Shown in pieces: positions 59,855 to 64,000 of a stretch of DNA of 64,000 nucleotides. This stretch comes from an uncultured Acidobacteriaceae bacterium (lineage in GTDB: Bacteria; Acidobacteriota; Terriglobia; Terriglobales; Acidobacteriaceae), in contig CAVOSH010000006.1 in assembly GCA_963698845.1 (NCBI GenBank), positions 37,242 to 101,241 on the forward strand. The letters run 5' to 3'. Under the pieces are notes generated by a model. It did not search any database and was not told the DNA's origin. It saw only the letters and a list, made by a program, of their open reading frames with translations. A program made the position numbers and the translations under genes. The first letter of the stretch is position 1, and the number at the start of each line of letters is the position of its first letter.

Positions 59855-60623
59855 ATGAGGAATACGATCCGAGTTTCGCTTTTTGGGATGATGCTTGCGG
59901 TAGCGCTGTTTTGTCTGGCGCCCGCGGCTCTGGCCGGCAATGTGCATATGGCGTTGAACGATCCTCCGTCCAACAACATCATGGACAACATCTATGTTGG
60001 TCCGTACAACGCCACCAACACAGACACCGGTGCGTTCGATGAAGGTCATCTGCGATGACTTCCGCGATGAATCGAACTACAACACTTACACGTACACCCA
60101 GGTAAGCTTCTCCAACCTGGGCAGCAATCTTGGCAGCACTTTGTGGGGCTCGACCTTGCTGCACCAGGGAGACAGCCAGAGTTACATCATGGGCTTGTAC
60201 GACCAGGCGGCATGGTTGGCCGAAGGGATGCTGACCCTGTCTTCGGGGCAACAAGCATACTATGCTTTCGCTCTCTGGGCAGTCTTCGATCCCACCGATG
60301 TGCTGAACTATCTCAGGAGCTTCGGCGACACCAGTGCCTGCAATGCCATCTTCGGCGGACACCAGAACTGTTCCAGTTCCTCCGTTGCCCAGGCCGGCGG
60401 CATTCTCTATAACGCTCAGCAGAATTACATGAATGGAGACTATTCCAATCTTATAATTCTGACGCCGACGGGATGCAGTCTGACGGGCTGCCAAGTGCAG
60501 GAGTTCTTTATGGTCGCTCCGGAAGGCGGATCAGCTTTGCTCTACCTGCTGCTGGCGGGACTGGTTTGCTTCGCGGCCGTACGGCAGTCGAGGCGAGGCG
60601 GACACGTAATGACTTCCGTCTAA
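59855..60623 (+). pseudogene. PEP-CTERM sorting-domain protein, one frame break
   Basis: Signal peptide MRNTIRVSLFGMMLAVALFCLAPAALA. C-terminus ..VAPEGGSALLYLLLAGLVCFAAVRQSRRG (PEP-like motif + TM + basic tail). The break is near 60035. Confidence 0.7.
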
Positions 60624-60641
60624 AATTCACCAATCAATACC

Positions 60642-60676
60642 AAAAAAAAGGCGCTCTCCGCGGAGAGCGCCTTTTG
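60642..60676. terminator. Bidirectional intrinsic terminator
   Basis: AAAAAAAA-GGCGCTCTCCG/CGGAGAGCGCC-TTTT between convergent genes. Confidence 0.8.
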
Positions 60677-60704
60677 TCATCTTGCGATCGCTTTGATGAA
60701 TGGG

Positions 60705-61130
60705 CTAGGAGGGCAGGTATTCTTCGAGCTCCGTCACAGGGGCATTGCACCGGATGGCCAGGGCGAAAGGTACATCCACCGCCGTCGTTTCCACACGCAC
60801 AACTTCCCCATCTCCGACAAGGTATACGGGACGAAGCGACTGGTTTCCGTGGACGCTCAGCACGAAGCTGACCAGGGTGTGTTCGGGAACAGGGAGTGCG
60901 CTCCGCACTAACAGTCCACCCAGGCTAAGATCCTTGCTGACCGTGTCGATTTCCGTGGTCGAGGATCCGTTGTGAAATTTCAGGCGTACCGGGAACTCCA
61001 ACCTGAATCTCCGGTAACCGCGTCCCCGCCATACAGTGGGGTCTTGCAGCATTTTGCTTCTCTCCATTTGGCCCATATCTTTCCAAGCGGTAAAACAACA
61101 TCGTCTATTTTCTTCAAAGGGAGTGCGCAT
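60705..61130 (-). CDS. PilZ domain (c-di-GMP binding) protein
   Basis: RGYRRFRL (RxxxR) and DLSLGG (DxSxxG) at the canonical spacing. The start may be an internal Met. Confidence 0.75.
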   Translation of the reverse strand: MRTPFEENRRCCFTAWKDMGQMERSKMLQDPTVWRGRGYRRFRLEFPVRLKFHNGSSTTEIDTVSKDLSLGGLLVRSALPVPEHTLVSFVLSVHGNQSLRPVYLVGDGEVVRVETTAVDVPFALAIRCNAPVTELEEYLPS

Positions 61131-61293
61131 GGCGGCATCGCCGCTTTCTCATGCCGCTGCCGCCGATGCTGCTGACTTGCCCCGCGCCGGGAGTATGCCT
61201 TGGGGTTGGATCCCAGGATCTGCCCTGCAATACCTATAACGGAGGACTGATACGAATATCTGGCTGATCTATCGAGCCGTAGCGGTGGCGCCG

Positions 61294-61724
61294 TTAGAAG
61301 ATGTACTGATTAGAGCTATTTTTGCCTACTGTCCGAGCCTGATAGGTGTAGGTATGTCCCGAGACTACCGAATAGTCTGTGCAACTGTTGCCGGTGACCG
61401 GTTTCTTGGGATTCATAGGATTCAGCGGTGCGCACTCGTTGGGGTGAGCTTGGCATGACGGACCTGTCTCGCGTCCGATAAATGTAATAACCCTCAACCG
61501 TGCTAGCCGGGGAGACACTCTCGGTCCAGGAGAGTCTGATCGTGTGCGTTGTGGGATTCGCCGTGGCGGCCACCGGCAAAGCTTTCTCTGTTGGAGCCGG
61601 CTGCGCTTTCCGCGCGGTCGGCTGGAGCCGGGTCGCCAGTGCAGCTCTGGGTATCCTGCGGCCGCTGCGCGAGGCAAACAAGACTCGTCAGTAGAATGCT
61701 CGATGCCAAGCAGGAACGCAACAT
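61294..61724 (-). pseudogene. Small secreted FN3-like protein, two frame breaks
   Basis: The signal peptide MLRSCLASSILLTSLVCLAQ, ..IRLSWTESVS..VEGYYIYRTR.. and ..CTDYSVVSGHTYTYQARTV.. lie in three frames. Confidence 0.5.
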
Positions 61725-61764
61725 TCGAGGTGAGCCGAAGACTACACATAAATCTCACTGTCAT

Positions 61765-62681
61765 CTAAGGCCGAGCAGTCATCGACAGATGAGATACGTT
61801 CGCAGCGGTACCTGATTTGGCCCTCCGACTTTCCAGTCGCCGCATCAGGCTGACCACTCCAAATAAAACTGCCACGGCAATGACCAGGAACAGCACTCCA
61901 CCCTGATGATGCAGCGGGCTGTTCAGAACTGCTGGATTCACGTAGGCCCCTAGCGCCTCCAGAGTAAAAACCCGAAGCGCGTTCTTGGCGACTGCGAGCG
62001 GCACCGCAATCAAGATCACGATCAGCCTGCTCCAGTAGGAACGTACCATCAGGCAGGCCATCACAGTCGCCATGACGATCAGGATCATGCTCGAGCGGAT
62101 GCTGCTGCACTCTTCAGCAACCTCGACGGACAGTCCAGGAACCGTCACCACCGTCCCGCTCCCCGTAACCGGAATGCCGACCGCAGCGAACATCTCTCGG
62201 GTTAGCCAAGCCGTGCCGTGCTGCAAGGACACGATGAGATAGTGCACGGCGATCATCCGGCAGCGGCACCAACCATAGCAAAAAGAGCAGGGGAAAAGCG
62301 CAGCCGCGCGCCAGTCGTGTGCCGAAACTAAGTACGAACGCCCCGATCCCCCAGGTAACCAGGGCTAGCATCTCGACCGTCCAGCGCATGCCTACGACCG
62401 AGGTTGCATCCACTCGCGCCCACCGCAGTCCGCTAACCCCGATCAGCGCCGCCAAGGCCAGCAGGGCGATACCCCCGCGCCAAGCTCGGGCGTGCGTGTT
62501 CCGCACTGTCGCGAAGCCGGAGCGCGATCAACAGCACGCTGACGGGAAGAACTATAAGGATGTGCGTATAAGCATCGCCACTAAGCGCCAGCCGAAACGT
62601 AGCAGACAGGACGTTCCACCAGGTCAGTACTGCCACCAGGCAGAGAACTCCGAAAAGCTTGTACGACGCCGAGAAACTCAC
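61765..62681 (-). pseudogene. Exosortase (EpsH/Xrt family), two frame breaks
   Basis: ..DAYTHILIVLPVS.. at the N-terminus. Catalytic region ..VEVAEECSSIRSS.. and ..AKNALRVF.. Breaks near 62490 and 62255. The GTG overlaps the upstream TGA. Confidence 0.8.
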
Positions 62682-64000
62682 GAAACAGTATCCGCTCGGC
62701 GGGGCTCTGGCCTGGCAACAATTCTCGGGGAATGATCGAATTCGTAGGCGATGCCGCCGTCGGCGATGGTCGCGTAAGCCAGAACCGCCTGCTCGGCCAT
62801 CGGCCCGTCGATTATCCATTCTCCGCCACGCTTCACCAGATGCATCTGCCGGCGAGCGCGCCACCATTCATCAACTTCGGCCGGCAAGGCAAACCACAAC
62901 GTGCTGTTGTGACCTCAACTCGGAGAGCCAGTTGAGCAGATCGCGATAGGTATTTCGGGCACGCGGTTCAATGATGTAATCAGGATGGACCAGGAAGCTG
63001 ATAAGACCGTGCTTTTCGCGAATTGCCGCCACCTGAGTCTTCCACAAATCGAGCGAATAGTCGTTGAGTATGTGGAACAACATGTAATCCTGCGTGGTGG
63101 TCAGCGGGATTTCCAAGGTGTCGCCCACAAAGTACGGCATCACCGAGCAGCAACCGCCGTGCTGTGGATCCAGGTGCGCGACGTTGGGTACCGACATGTC
63201 GTAAGAAAACTCTAAGGCATCCATCCACTCGAGGTTGCGATAGAGCACGGCGGCACGAAAGCCCTTCGCGCCGAAAGCTTTGCCGTAGTCGTTGATCTTC
63301 TTCGCGCGGCGAAGAAATTCATCGCGATCGGCAAACAGATATCCGTCGTGATTCAGGTCCTGCACGTTGAGCTCGAAGCCGCGATCGCGCATCTCCTCAA
63401 GCAGTGAGTCCTGAGACGGTATATGGCCCTTCCGGCACGATCTGGAAGGAGGCTTTGATCTCGAACTTCATCATCAAGGTTCATCAACTCGTGGCAGTGG
63501 TCGTGGCCGATCTGCGCCTCCACATCGTGGGTCATCAGAACGCAGCCGCGCGCGCCGTCCGGCCAGAACCATATGAAGGGAACGCGATCGATACCTTGGG
63601 CTTTCATGGATCGGAGCAGCACCTGCTCACTGAATCTGCTCTACCGAGGTGTCGACCGGCCAGCGCGGAAACGCAGTGTGTTCCCATCCTTTTGTATACG
63701 CGCGCTGAAGGTGCTTACGGACTCCGACGCTCAGCCAGGGGCGAATCAGATAATAGACGTTGCGTGCCCAGCGATTGCTTGCGGTCAGCTCGTTCCAGGT
63801 CGAATGACGGACGTAACGCTCGCGCCGCAGATTATTGATAATTTCGGTCGGATCGAAGGGAAGCAGAACAGTGGGACCGTCTTTTCTTACATCCTGCGAC
63901 GCGCAATAAAGCTGGGAACGAACATCGCCTGCACGATGACCGGACGCGCTCCGGCCATAACAGATCGTCTCCTCATCAAATTGAAAATATCCAGAGTCAG
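62678..64000 (-). pseudogene. EPS-locus protein, carbohydrate-esterase-4-like (5' end outside window), three frame breaks
   Basis: ..IPFIWFWPDGARGCVLMTHDVE.., ..DMSVPNVAHLDPQHGGCCSVMPYF.. and ..FLVHPDYI.. lie in successive frames, and the frame is open to the window edge. Breaks near 63630, 63390 and 62885. The family call is tentative. Confidence 0.5.

Overview
High-GC bacterial chromosomal segment. The gene content points to Acidobacteriota: an ADOP-family duplicated permease, a GloVer-repeat protein, a PEP-CTERM/exosortase locus, and intergenic regions packed with GGTGCCCC-headed palindromic repeats.

Left 8 kb: the 3' end of an ECF42-like sigma factor, then three YCII/DGPF genes, two RibD_C/DHFR-family genes, and DUF4239, DoxX, VOC and beta-carbonic anhydrase genes. 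Four near-identical TGTCGA-N16/17-CGAC promoter cassettes occur here. In each, a start codon sits exactly 6 nt after CGAC, and in three copies it opens a conserved mini-ORF (MN.PAR.AVLLA.). This is the most unusual signal in the window.

Middle: ADOP permease; metH (split or frameshifted) divergent from a decayed MetE-like gene; MltF-like transglycosylase; arylsulfatase; Dyp peroxidase; a 966-aa GloVer / Ig-like / 3x PCRVxDTR-module protein; APC permease; two translationally coupled PPK2 genes. An ECF sigma/anti-sigma pair has mirrored GGAATAAA..AGTT promoters, one of which faces a Tat-metallophosphoesterase - cupredoxin - DUF2231 operon. Also present are a fluoride riboswitch - crcB - three-DUF190-domain unit, a MOSC-FNR-2Fe2S oxidoreductase and rpsU.

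Right 22 kb: a PAPS-supply module (cysD, cysNC, TauE, CysQ-like) with a sulfotransferase and an LtaS-like transferase. It is followed by a surface-protein and PEP-CTERM/exosortase locus (PrsT-like TPR lipoprotein, PEP-CTERM protein, PilZ, exosortase).

By my reading there are roughly 45-50 reading-frame breaks, clustered in particular genes, while two stretches of about 15 kb have none. Whether these are assembly indels or real decay must be settled before any functional claim. I recognised no rRNA, tRNA, CRISPR array or intact transposase/integrase.
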